Shown here: positions 23,929-35,868 of the stretch, one piece after another | Layout: each line of letters begins with the position of its first letter | Position numbering within the stretch: the stretch's first letter is position 1 | From: Mesotaenium endlicherianum | Taxonomy: Eukaryota | Length of the DNA stretch: 64,000 nucleotides | Assembly (NCBI GenBank): GCA_009602735.1 | Contig: WELA01001569.1 | Location: 1-64,000 of the forward strand | Reading direction: 5' to 3' | Position numbers and translations under genes: made by a program | Notes under the pieces: generated by a model | Databases searched by the model: none | What the model was told of the DNA's origin: nothing | Seen by the model: only the letters and a program-made list of their open reading frames with translations

Positions 23929-26900
23929 ATGAATAACTACCACATTTATGACCAAATTGGGAAGGGGCGGAACTCGGTACGACGCCATTGTCTAGCCTCT
24001 CAGTCTGCAGTTTGCATACGTTGATCTGGTTGACTCCAAGTAGTCTTGCATGTTGATACTCCATGTACTATCACTACTTCAGTATACTTGCATTCTACAA
24101 ACATACTGGGAAATTGTGAGGAGCTCTGACCGAGGCTTTATCTATGGTGTCTTGCAGGTTGTGTACAAAGCAAGGAAGATCAAATCTATCCAATACTTTG
24201 CAGTAAAGAGTGTTGAGAAGGCAGATAAAGAAAGGTTTCTCAGAGAGGTAAATGCCAAAGGGCGCTCGCTACCTGAGACTTTGACGACTTTGGGGTAAAT
24301 GACTTAGTGCGGGGAAGTGAACAGCCCACATTGGTTCAGGATTGGTACTGTTATGAATATGTAAGACTGCGGGGTTAACGTGGTTTACTTCTTGTGCAGG
24401 TTCGCATTCTGCACTCCCTTAAGCACGATAACGTGCTCAGATTCGAAGCCTGGTAAGTACCTCAATGCAGCTTTCAAGTTCCAAACTTCTTTCATGTGAC
24501 ATGTTGCTGCTGGAACAAGCACGCAGCATGAATATATGTAGGCAGATTAATCTTTGATCAAGTTCGAGCTGGGGCGGAGTAGACTCTTCAGTTCCACCGT
24601 GCACGAACATCACAGTAAGAAAAGTCATGGGCTCCCGAGGTGGCTACTGCTGTTCCCAAGAGGAGTATGGGTTGTTCTTCCACAGCCTACAGTCAGGCCA
24701 GGCTTCCTTCCCCAGATCTTCACCTGGTCACTTTTATACGAAACTGCATTGGAGGTCTTATAGTCAGCATCCGCTGCGTGGTCTCGCTAACTGCTTGTGC
24801 AGGTACGAGACAACAAATCATCTTTGGATCATTCTCGAGTACTGCGTCGGCGGTGATCTGTATAAACTACTCGAGCAGGTGGGGATTATACATAGTAATC
24901 ATCGCTTGACCTATTATAGTACTGTGCTGCTATGCTCGTGCTAGGCACCTTGGGTAAATTGTGCTCCTGTCGTATGTTGGAAATATGGTAACGACCTAGT
25001 AAAGTCACTGCAAAAATTTGCAGCAAGACCTTTCCAAGGAACAGGGGATCAACCTCTGATGATATATGTGGGGTCCTGTCTGGGGTCTGCAGGACGTCAA
25101 ACTGCCGGAGGACTCGATTCATGACTTTGCTCGAGACCTCGTCAAGGCCCTGCAGTAAGGCTTCCAGCTCGCAGTAGCCATGTCATGTTACGTTCACTTT
25201 GTGAAGTGTGAGGCTTGCAGGTTGAGCGCGCCTGCAAGCGTGCCAGTGAGAGGGACTAGGTGCTTATTGTGTTAATAGTGCAATCAGTGGCTTCCATGCT
25301 AAGGTGATGTGGATAATGAAACTCTGCAGGTTCTTACACGCAAATGGGATTGTGTACTGCGACCTGAAGCCCTCGAATGTGCTTCTCGACGAGAATGGCC
25401 GGCTTAAGGTACTCTCAACTTCCCCTTGAGAGTCCATCACTTTCCATGAAGGTCATCTCCTTGCTGTACAGTAAGAAGGTGGAGGCCCTGGCAGGCCAGG
25501 TTGTGTTCACACAGGTACTAACTTAAGAGGGCCTGGCAAGCCAGGCTGTGTTCACACTGGAACTGACCTTGAGGTTCGTGACCTCCTTCCAGCTCTGCGA
25601 CTTTGGGTTGGCGCGTCACCTTAATGACATCGCCAAGAAGTCAGTGCAGCAGGTACGTCGCTCGCCACCCACTCGTGTGCACGTTGAGCAATGCAGGAAA
25701 GCTTAGGTGCTGTTGGCTGCCAGTCATTGGCTGCCAGTCATGGGCTGCCAGTCATGGGCTGCCCGTCAAGGGCAGCCTAAGTAAGAGCTTCACGAGAGCT
25801 TGCTTGAAGAGCTCCAAGTAGGGCTTTGTGCATGGCACTTCATGCATGGCACTGTTGGCGGAGGACTGGCTGGGAGGCACTAGTGCCGTCACTCGGTTCC
25901 ATACTCTCACCATACAAGTACGCAAGGATGGCAGAGATAGTATGGCAAAGGACACTACCCGTCTCATTGCAGCCCAAAGTGCGCCAAAGCGAAAGGAACG
26001 CACAGGGTAGCTCAGCAGCCTAGCCACGACAGCCCCAATACTGGCAGGAGAATGAGGGAAGTCTTGCAGCCAAGTCAAGGACCTTGTTCACACAGCACCC
26101 TTAGTTGGCAGGAAAATAGTGAAGGTCTAGAAGCCCAGCCAACTAGCCTGGCCTTCTTCTGGCAGCACCCACACTAGCAAAAGAGCAAGAGGGAAGTATA
26201 GCAGGGAAGCCACGGGCGCCCATGCTTAGTAGAAGAAGGGGGAAGTGTGGCAGCCCAGCCACGAGCCTTCTCCTGCCAGCACCCGCACTTGGCAGGAGAA
26301 CAAGGAGAGTCAGAAACCTAGCCATGTCCCCTCTTATCTGCCTGCAAAAAGCACGTTCAACAGAAGGCACGGGGACCTGGAACTTCTTATATGAGCTGAC
26401 AGACGGCGCCTGTGACACTTGGCAGCTCTCGGAGGCCGACAGGGGGACCCCCTTCTACATGGCCCCGGAGCTGTTCGAGGAGGTCGGCGTCCACTCCTTC
26501 AGCTCCGACTTTTGGGCCCTGGGGTGCCTCATGTACGAGCTCTACTCGGGCAAGCCCCCCTTCTGCTCCTCCAGCTTCAACCAGCTCGTGACGTCCATCC
26601 TCACAGAGCCCCCCCCTCCTCTGCCCGGCAACCCGAGCCAGGAGTTTCAGGACCTCGTGTTTGGGCTCCTGCGAAAGGACCCCCTGGATCGCATCCAATG
26701 GGAGGAGCTCAGGGAGCATCCCTTCTGGAGAGCCGATCTGACCTCCATGCCGCTGCCACCTCAGCCTGCCCTGGAGCACTACCTGGGGCAGAGAGCCGCG
26801 AGCCAGAACCAGGCCCCGGAGCAGCCTCCTGGCTCCAAAGAGGGAGCCCACACCAAGAGCCACGTCCATCCCAGCGAACCCGGGCACAGAAGAGTCGCGC

Positions 26901-29900
26901 TGAGTGATGTGAGAGATGTGGACATAAATGCTGGTGACGGAGGAGGAGGAGGGGTTGGGGGCGGGCACGGGCACGGGCAGACTGCTGCTGCAGCAGCAGC
27001 AGCAGCAGCAAACAGGAAGCAGAACTCCAGCAGGCACTTGCAGGAGCTCCCCTACAATCAGAACATGCAAGCCGCCGGCGTCGACATCATGCGCCTGTCG
27101 AAGATTGTGCGCACCAACCTGCAGAGGGAGGCCGACGGGGAAACCTACAGGCAGGGGACAGGGGCAGGGGCAGGGGCAGGGGCAGGAGCGGGGTCGGGCG
27201 GGGGGGCGGGGGCGAGGGCGTCTATGCATCGCTCCCACGACGACATAGTGCTCGAGAATTTTGATCTGGAGCTGGACTTTGCGGAGAGGTCTGAGCACAC
27301 CCACACAGGGGAGGACGTTGCCCAGGGCTCGGGGGGGGGGGACTCGGGCTCGCACGAGAGTAGCGGCGGCGGAGGCGGCCAAGCCCAGTCCCACTCGGCA
27401 GCCTCTCAGAACCAGTCCCACAGCCGCTCCCACTCGCAGACCCAGTCCCATTCGCACTCCCACTCCCACTCCCACTCCCACTCGCAGTCTCAGTCCCAGT
27501 CCCAATCCCAGTCCCACTCGCACTCCCACTCCCACTCCAGAAGCACAGCGTCTGGCGATACAGACATGGACCCCTCCAGCACGTCTGCAGCCCCAGCCTT
27601 GCACCAAGCTCAAGGCCCCGCCCTGGGGGGGGCTCCAGCTGGCAGCGAGAGGAGTAGACGGCAGACAGACCACGCTCGGGGGGCTCCATCAGCCTGGGAG
27701 CGGGAGCGGGAGCGCGAGCATGAGGAGGAGTCCATGTCTTCTGCGCTCCATGGTGCCGACGCCGCCGGGCGCACCAACGCGGCGACAGCTGTCCCTGGAG
27801 CTTCAGAGGCTGCAGCGCCTCCGCGGCCCGACCTCGGTGCCGCTGCTGCCACGCCTTCCAAGCTTGGGAAGAAGGCGCAGAGAGGAGGACCAGGTGCCGC
27901 TGCCCCTGCAAACCCCAGCCAGCAGCAGAAGGAGGGCGAGGAGGCAGAGGCAGCCGCAGCTGCAGTAGCGTCAGCTGCAGCGGCAGCGGCGTCGAACGGT
28001 CTCCCCTACGACGGGCAGCTCTTGCGCCCTGTGTCCCTCTCCGACGTCCTCTGGCACCCCTCGGACCTCTCCGTAAAGCCCATCATGCTGAACAGGAGGA
28101 TCGAGCGGCTGCCGGAGCCCACGTTTGATCCCCGCCAGCTGCACGTGCACGCGCTCTCGGCCGCCGAGCTTGCGTCCGCCCCCCCGCAGCAGGCGGGCGC
28201 GCTCCTGTCCAAGCTGGCGGCCACCATCGGCAGCGCGAGCGCCGCGCCGCCCAGCGAGAAGCTGAACGCGCTGCGGTACCTGGAGACGCTTAGCCGCGAC
28301 GCGGAGGCTGCCAACGTCCTCGTCAACAGCGCGCTCATGCCCGCGCTCGTGAAGCTGCTGCGCATGGGCAAGACGGCGGCCTACAAGGTCCAGGTCACGC
28401 TCGTCATGGGCCTGCTCGTGCGCCACGCCACGACGATCCAGGAGGAGCTCGCGGGCACGGGCATCGTGTCGGTGCTCACCGACGCCCTCCGCGACCGCAA
28501 CGAGAAGGTGCGCCGGCGCGCCATGGCCACCCTGGGGGAGCTCATCTTCTACATCGCGACGCAGAACCCCGCCGGCGTCGACGGCACCTCCAAGGGGTCC
28601 TCTGCCTGGCAGGTAGCGTATAACTTGCCCACAAAACCCACGCCACCCACGTCGTCCACGTCACTCACAATATCCTATGTCATCCACATCGTCCACGTCA
28701 CCCATGCCGGTGTCGCGAACCTTCCACCTCACTCTCCGGAGCTTTTGCCCCGTCGCACGTGCAGGTTTTTTTGTCGTCACATGGCCCTCTGATACGGTGC
28801 TCCTTACAGCAAGACACACGCAAGGGAAAGCTGAGCCCCGCGTGATGCGCTCTGACACGTTGGGCTTGCACTCAGAGTCTGGACCTGAACCCAAATGACT
28901 CCGCCGAAATGGCAGAACGCCAATACTTTTGCAAGCTGCAAGAGTCAGGAAACTGTTAAGGTGGAAGGCCTTCTGAATCAGCTGCACAACAACTGTTTCT
29001 GTGTCCTCGTAATCGGTTATGGGAGGGAGCAATCGCCGGTAAACAAGAGGGTGTACGTGTTCTGAGAGGGGGGCCGGGGGGGGAGTGCGCGAGGGCAAGC
29101 AGCCTAACTGCTGCACCGCCCCTCTTCCATTGCCCGAAAGGGAACCGAAAGGGGAATCAAACACACACCCACCTTGCTGCAACACCTTGGTGCAACACCT
29201 GGCTCTGACACCTGGCTGCACCACCTGGTGTAGACACATGGCTGCAACTGACACCTGGCTGCTGTGGCACCTGGCGCTCTTGCCGCAAGTGCGTGCAGGT
29301 CCCGCAGACGACAGTGACGCTGATCGCCTCCATGCTGCGGCGGGGCGAGGACGAGGTCACCCAGCAGTACGCCGTGAAGACAATCGAGAACGTCGTCAGC
29401 GAGGGCGGCGCGTGGGCGGCCAAGTTCTCGACGCACGAGATCGTGGCCAACCTCTGCCACATCATCCGCAGCGCGGGCGGCGGCGGCGGCGGCGGGGGCG
29501 GCGCGGGTGGCACCGCCGCNNNNNNNNNNNNNNNNNNNNNNNNNNNNNNNNNNNNNNNNNNNNNNNNNNNNNNNNNNNNNNNNNNNNNNNNNNNNNNNNN
29601 NNNNNNNNNNNNNNNNNNNNNNNNNNNNNNNNNNNNNNNNNNNNNNNNNNNNNNNNNNNNNNNNNNNNNNNNNNNNNNNNNNNNNNNNNNNNNNNNNNNN
29701 NNNNNNNNNNNNNNNNNNNNNNNNNNNNNNNNNNNNNNNNNNNNNNNNNNNNNNNNNNNNNNNNNNNNNNNNNNNNNNNNNNNNNNNNNNNNNNNNNNNN
29801 NNNNNNNNNNNNNNNNNNNNNNNNNNNNNNNNNNNNNNNNNNNNNNNNNNNNNNNNNNNNNNNNNNNNNNNNNNNNNNNNNNNNNNNNNNNNNNNNNNNN

Positions 29901-32900
29901 NNNNNNNNNNNNNNNNNNNNNNNNNNNNNNNNNNNNNNNNNNNNNNNNNNNNNNNNNNNNNNNNNNNNNNNNNNNNNNNNNNNNNNNNNNNNNNNNNNNN
30001 NNNNNNNNNNNNNNNNNNNNNNNNNNNNNNNNNNNNNNNNNNNNNNNNNNNNNNNNNNNNNNNNNNNNNNNNNNNNNNNNNNNNNNNNNNNNNNNNNNNN
30101 NNNNNNNNNNNNNNNNNNNNNNNNNNNNNNNNNNNNNNNNNNNNNNNNNNNNNNNNNNNNNNNNNNNNNNNNNNNNNNNNNNNNNNNNNNNNNNNNNNNN
30201 NNNNNNNNNNNNNNNNNNNNNNNNNNNNNNNNNNNNNNNNNNNNNNNNGCGGCGGCGCCGTTAGCGGCACTGGCGGCGGCGGTGCAGGGGCCGGGGCCGC
30301 AGCCGCCGCGGCCGCAACGGCGCGCCACCTGGCAGCCCTCACGGAGGACCGCCAGCTCGTGTCCAATGTGGCGGCGCTCGTGGAGCACACCTCGGAGGTG
30401 GTCCGGGGCAAGGCGCTCGTGTGCGTGGCGCTGCTGTGCCAGACGCACCCCCCCCGCGTGCTGCACCAACTGTGCAACTCCAAGCTTGTCCCAGCCATCG
30501 AGCGCGTGAGCAAGGATAAGGACGCGTACGTGCAGCAGTGCCTGGCGGCCCTGGTGCAGGCAGTGGCCACCATTGTGCCCTCGCTCCTCGCGCAACTCGA
30601 GGCGGAGATAGACAACCCAAGCGCGGGCCAGGGCCAGCACCACCAGAGCCCGGCAGGGGCAGGCAAGGGGCAGGCAACACCTGGCACGCTGCGGCGGGCG
30701 GTCCACGTGACGGGGGCGGCGGTGGCGGGCGCCAGCCCTGGAAAGGCGTACGGGGGCGGGGGCAGAGGTGCAGACAGGGCTCACCAGCTGCAGCAGCAGC
30801 AGCAGCAGCCGCAGGTGTTGCTGGAGCACTTCTCTGTTCTGTTGCACCTGGTGTCGAGCCAGGTGTTCCGGAAGCACATCGTGAACGAGGAGCTGCTGCG
30901 CCACCTGTCGCGCCTGGTGGCCCGGATGGAAGGTACCTCCTTCCAGGTGAGAGAGAACTCCCCCAACACCCCCCCCCCCCCAAACAAAAAAAGCTCCTCT
31001 TCTTGATCAAGTCCGCACCTCCACACCTCCACGCATGCACAAGACGGACTTTCTCGTTCCCCAATGCCATCAGCACTGCTTGTGCCAGCGCGCACAGGCC
31101 CCCTTCAGGGCACTGCCTCATCAGCACGACTCTGGGAGAATTTTCCGAGCGAGTCTTTACAGTGGTGCATTCTCGCAAGTCCACGCGTCGCCAGAAGCAC
31201 TAACGCGAGCCACTGAAGGAAGGATGGCCAGACAGGGCAGTGCTCGCAGCTGCGTCCTCTTCATCTCTCGCGCCTCTTAGCATCCGGGGGTCGATGTACC
31301 TCAGGGGAACGGCCGCGGCTTCGAGCATTCCCTGTGGCCCACACAACTGATTTGGATTGAATTCAAGGGACGGCATGGCCCGGGATTGCGCAGACGTCTC
31401 CGTTGCATTGGTCCAGCCAGAAGTATTCTTTAGAACGCTGTCGAGGAGTGGTGCCATCGTCCCGGCGCACGCAAGCGCGCAGCACTCAGCCGGAACGCCG
31501 CAGCTGGCTGACACCCTCTAACCACTGCGTCGCGCTTTCAGCCCTTGCTGCCATGCCCTTGCTGCTCTGCCCTGCCCTGGCCTAACCTTCTTACCCTGCC
31601 CAGCCCTGGCCTCGCCTGACCTTTCTGCCCTCATTTGCCCTGCTCTGTGCCCTGCCCTGCCCTGCCCTGGCCTAACTCTTCCACCTTGCTGCCCTGCCCT
31701 TCTTTCCCTGCCTGTCCTGCCCCAGCCTAATCTTTCTGCCCTGCCCTGCACTGCCCTCTCTGCACTGCCCTGTTCAGGGGCAGGAGGAATTCCAGTCGAC
31801 GCTGCTGCAGGTGCTGGACTCGCTGGCGCAGCACCCGGGGCTGCTGCTGGAGCACCAGGAGCTCCTGCTGGCGCACACACTACCCTCCCTGGCCTCCCTC
31901 TACACCAAGGCCGCCAACGGCGACGCACGCTTCATGTGCCTCAAGATCCTCTGCGACGTGCTGGCGACGTATTTGGAGGCCATCTCGGCGGCGGACACGT
32001 CGGCGGCGGGCATGTCACCCGACTCCGCGGCGCCTGGGACAGCGGCGGCGGCGGGGGGGCCCGGGGCCGGCGGCGGCGTGAGGGCCAGCCTGGCGGCGCG
32101 CGAGCTGCCCGGGACGAGGGGCAGGGAGTTCCTGTCGGAGGTCTCGCAGGCGCGGCTGGGCGAGCTCGTGCACGGCTGGTTCCTGCACCTGTACCCGTCG
32201 CTGATCGACGACGAGGACCCCACGCCCATGTACGCGCACCGGCTGCTGGCGGCGCTCTTGGACCGGGGGATCGTCCAGGTGGCGGACCTGGAGCGGCTGG
32301 AGCTCACGCCGCGGCTGTTCGAGCGGCTGCTGGACCTCCAGGGCGGCAGCGTCAGCCTGCACGTGGTGCGCCTGTGCTGCCAGCTGGCGGCGTCGCCCGA
32401 GGTCGCGTCAGAGGCGCTCTCGCGCTTGCGCGTGATGGGCGGCGTCGGCGAGCTCCTTGAGATGGTCATCCTGCAAAAGATGGAGGACTTCCTGGAGCCC
32501 GTGGTCACACTGGTGCTGTGCTTCCTGGAGCGCGAGCTGCACCACCGCGACAACAACGACGAGGAGGGCGTGATTGCCGACGTCGCCGACCTCTGCTTCT
32601 TCAGCGGCATGTTTGTGGAGGCCCTCAAGAGCCGCAACGCCGACGTCGCCGACATCGCGGCCGAGTGCCTGATGCTCATCATGGACGTGGCGCCCGCGGA
32701 GGGCGCCCACGGGGTGCTCGAGCGCCTGCAGGACGCGGCCGACGTGCTGGCGTCGTTCTCCTCTCAGGGCCCCCCCGAGCTGGTGTCCAAGCTGCAGTTC
32801 TACCTGCTGCAGGTCATCGTCCTTGCGCTGTCGGAGCAGCCGGCCGAGCTCGTGAGCCCGGAGGACGTGGAGGCGCTGGAGAACGCGATAAGGCCGCTGT

Positions 32901-32983
32901 GCGCGCCCGACGACGACGACAGCGTAGATCCCAAGGTGGCCGCTGCAGCGGAGCACTTGCTGTCTCTCTTGCAAGAAGACTAG
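23929..32983 (+). CDS. RUK: RUNKEL/ULK4-family Ser/Thr kinase-like protein with C-terminal HEAT/ARM repeats
   Basis: Exons 23929-23976, 24158-24247, 24400-24452, 24803-24878, 25093-25154, 25330-25408, 25593-25652, 26426-28612, 29299-(gap)-30946, 31778-32983. Motifs MNNYHIYDQIGKG, YFAVKSVEK, YCDLKPSN, LCDFGL, RGTPFYMAPE, LWHPSDLSVKPIM and KVRRRAMATLGELIFYIATQ are typical of plant RUK. Structure inside the gap is unknown. Confidence 0.93.
29520..30248. other. Assembly gap (N run) within the RUK coding region
   Basis: N run between two GGC-rich tracts. Confidence 0.99.
31553..31772. repeat. Intronic (CCCTG)n-rich degenerate repeat
   Basis: Directly visible; it runs up to the last RUK splice acceptor. 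Confidence 0.8.
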
Positions 32984-35868
32984 GCCTCGCAGGCAACCTC
33001 TCTCGACCTTACTTACGCTAGAGCTTAGTCAATACATTGTTCCCTCCTTTCTTTGAGCTTTCTCCTCCAGCTAGGACTTAGACATGATGCAGCCACTAGA
33101 TAGGGCACAGCAGTGCCTTTAAAATTCGCGATCCACGCCTCTTTGAAGCAGATGTCACCAGCCAGACGCTCAGGATCCAGTATACGCGACTATATGTGGG
33201 CCCAGGTACTAGATGCGTCATAAATTTATGCAGAGAACTTTATACGGCAGGTGTAAGGCTGAATGTGGTTGTCATAAGATCCACCTCCATCGTGGACCTT
33301 TACCCAGACTTCAATTCTGCCGGCTTTGCTGCACATGATGTATAAGTTGGACAAGTGTGCAAACCTAGAGAACAATTGGTCTTAATTTGAGCATAATGAA
33401 GGGCAAGTACTATATGCAGCTGGCTGGTATGACGTGACAGTTATGATGTCTTCTTGTGTCCTTAGCTTTCTAGAGGAAAGGGGGGACTAGAAACACATAT
33501 CTCACTTGTTGAAGTGATTAATCGAAGTCCATGCTTGGGTGGTTTTCTTTGATTTATGACATATATGTGGTGACAAACACTTGCACTATGACGTCTATTT
33601 GAATTTGAAAGATGAATACTCCTCGCTCTTCTAGCGTGTGCTGACTCAATGGCAAGCATGCAATCCACCGTATGTACTTTTTGAAAAGATTTGCTAGCTA
33701 GTCATCTAATTTCTCTTGATTCACCTGCGTTCTTTGAAATTTAATTTGCCCACATCCCAAACGTCACTTTTGAGCCGCTAATAATGTCAAAACATTATAG
33801 TCAGCTATTTACTAATAAAATTGCACGCGGCCAGTGTGCGGAGCGGAGGAGAGCAGTTAAGTAGAAGTAGTAGTACAGAAGGGGTGCCATAAGGTCACAA
33901 AATGAAATACAAATAGCAATTGGGACGTCACATGTCTAGTATACAGATTCTCCAATTATTGATTGTAAAGTCTACTATATTGAACTTCCACTACATTGCT
34001 ATCCATATTATTACACCATGCTCGTGCCAACTCATCGAAGTTGATGTATCTACATCAATTTTCACTATAGATAGCTAGCTACTTTTGCAAATATGCCGTT
34101 GAGGACTTGGGAGTTCTAGTTTTCAACTGTTATTTGTCCGCATATTTGGTTCTTTCTATGACGTGTTAACAAACACAGACCGTGAGCGATATGATACATA
34201 TTGCAATTTCGACATACACTTGGGCCCACTCTAGAAATGGTGCAGCGACGCAGAACAAATATTTTGGGTTTCTTAACCACTTACTAATGACTGGGAAGTG
34301 CTCTGGGACCTGTGCCATTGACGTGATCTGTGGCCCTTCCCATTCCCAGACTTCAAAATTCTGAATTTACAATCTCAAAAGTAAATACATTGACTTGAAT
34401 AGTCCAAAATTCATATTTGAAAGTCACCGACGCCTGCGACACCTGTAAATCAATTTGAAGTTTGAAAGTCAATGTTGCAAGAAAATGTCAATTTGAGTAC
34501 GCTATTGTCTTGTTTGTGATTGGTTTAAATTTATGCACGTGTACATAACGTTATGCTGTGACCTTGGCAGCCTGAAAATAAAGAGTCGTGAAAGTCATCT
34601 ATATATGAAAAAGACAAATTTACACTTGGCACGTTCATCTTAAACAAACAAGTGCTTCTTGATTAGCATTGACCCCAAGTATGTGTGGGTGCAAAGCGGT
34701 TTTTGATGAGACAAATTACTAAAATACGTATAGAGGATTTGTTTATTACCACATGTATGTACAGTTTCATACTTATTTCAAATGTACGTATGGCACATGC
34801 AAGGCTCGTCATTCTAGGGTTTGAGTGAGAATGTGACGTGCCACAAGAATTCGCATGCAACCCTACATGATAGATTCCTCCTCGCTTTCATTTCCATATT
34901 TTCATATTTCCATATTTCATTTCCACTGTTCAAAGTGAAACGGTGTCACGAAGCAGATTTGTCAAACACGTTAAAAAATTTCTCCACAAGTTTTTTCCAT
35001 ACCTTCTTTTTGCACCTTTATTTTCTAATGATCATTTAGCCGGGAAATGATATATCACTTGAAAAAACCTACAAAAACACGAGCCCTTTTCACTATAACC
35101 TCTAAAATTGTAATGATATTGGTTAGATATAAGATTCATTGATATATATAATAGAAAATAAGTTCAGTCTACTGTATTATAATAATCAAGTCTGCTGGAT
35201 TATTAATATACTTAGTTTAATGACTCAGCCCAGGGGCAGTAGGCTGAAGTCAACTTAGGTCAGCTTGCTCACTTAGGTCAGCTTGCTGACACATTCTTTG
35301 ACAGTCAGCTGACTGCCGTATTCGGTAGCAGTGAACTGCCTAGTTATGCATCTAAGTGTGGTGTGCTAGACGAGTGGCCAGATGACACCCTTAGGGTGGA
35401 TGGCGATTCGGGATGATGGAGATGGCTGTGGATTTGGTTAGCTGAGGTCCTACCGACGTGGCTAACTCCCGGGTAGGGGGTGCCATTGCACTTGCCGTTG
35501 AACAGTAAACTCATTCAATGTACATATGCTAGGTATTGCTCTCGACTTCGGCATTCGGAAACGTGGCCAACTCTCTTGTATAGCTTACAAAGAGAGATCT
35601 GAATCCAAGACGAGAAGCGATTGATGTTAATTGTCTTCTAACCTTGCTTATGTATGAGTTTATTGATTGCATGATTGATGCTCGTTTACTTGCATTTGAC
35701 TTGTGAGTATCATATGCTGCTAGCATAATGTCCTTTGCTGTTTAATCAGTTAACGGAAAACACCATAAGATTACTTGTTGATATGAAGATCTTTAATTAT
35801 TTAATTATTGCCTATTGGTAAGTCGATTCATTTCAGTGGTATCGGAGTAGTTATCACAATAGTCTTGT

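Noticed and set aside
25350..25380. YCDLKPSN replacing the HRD catalytic loop in the kinase
   Set aside because: A known feature of plant RUNKEL proteins, not novel.
26387..27673. Long antisense and alternate-frame ORFs over RUK exons (also 31900-32974)
   Set aside because: Expected shadows of very GC-rich, stop-poor coding sequence.
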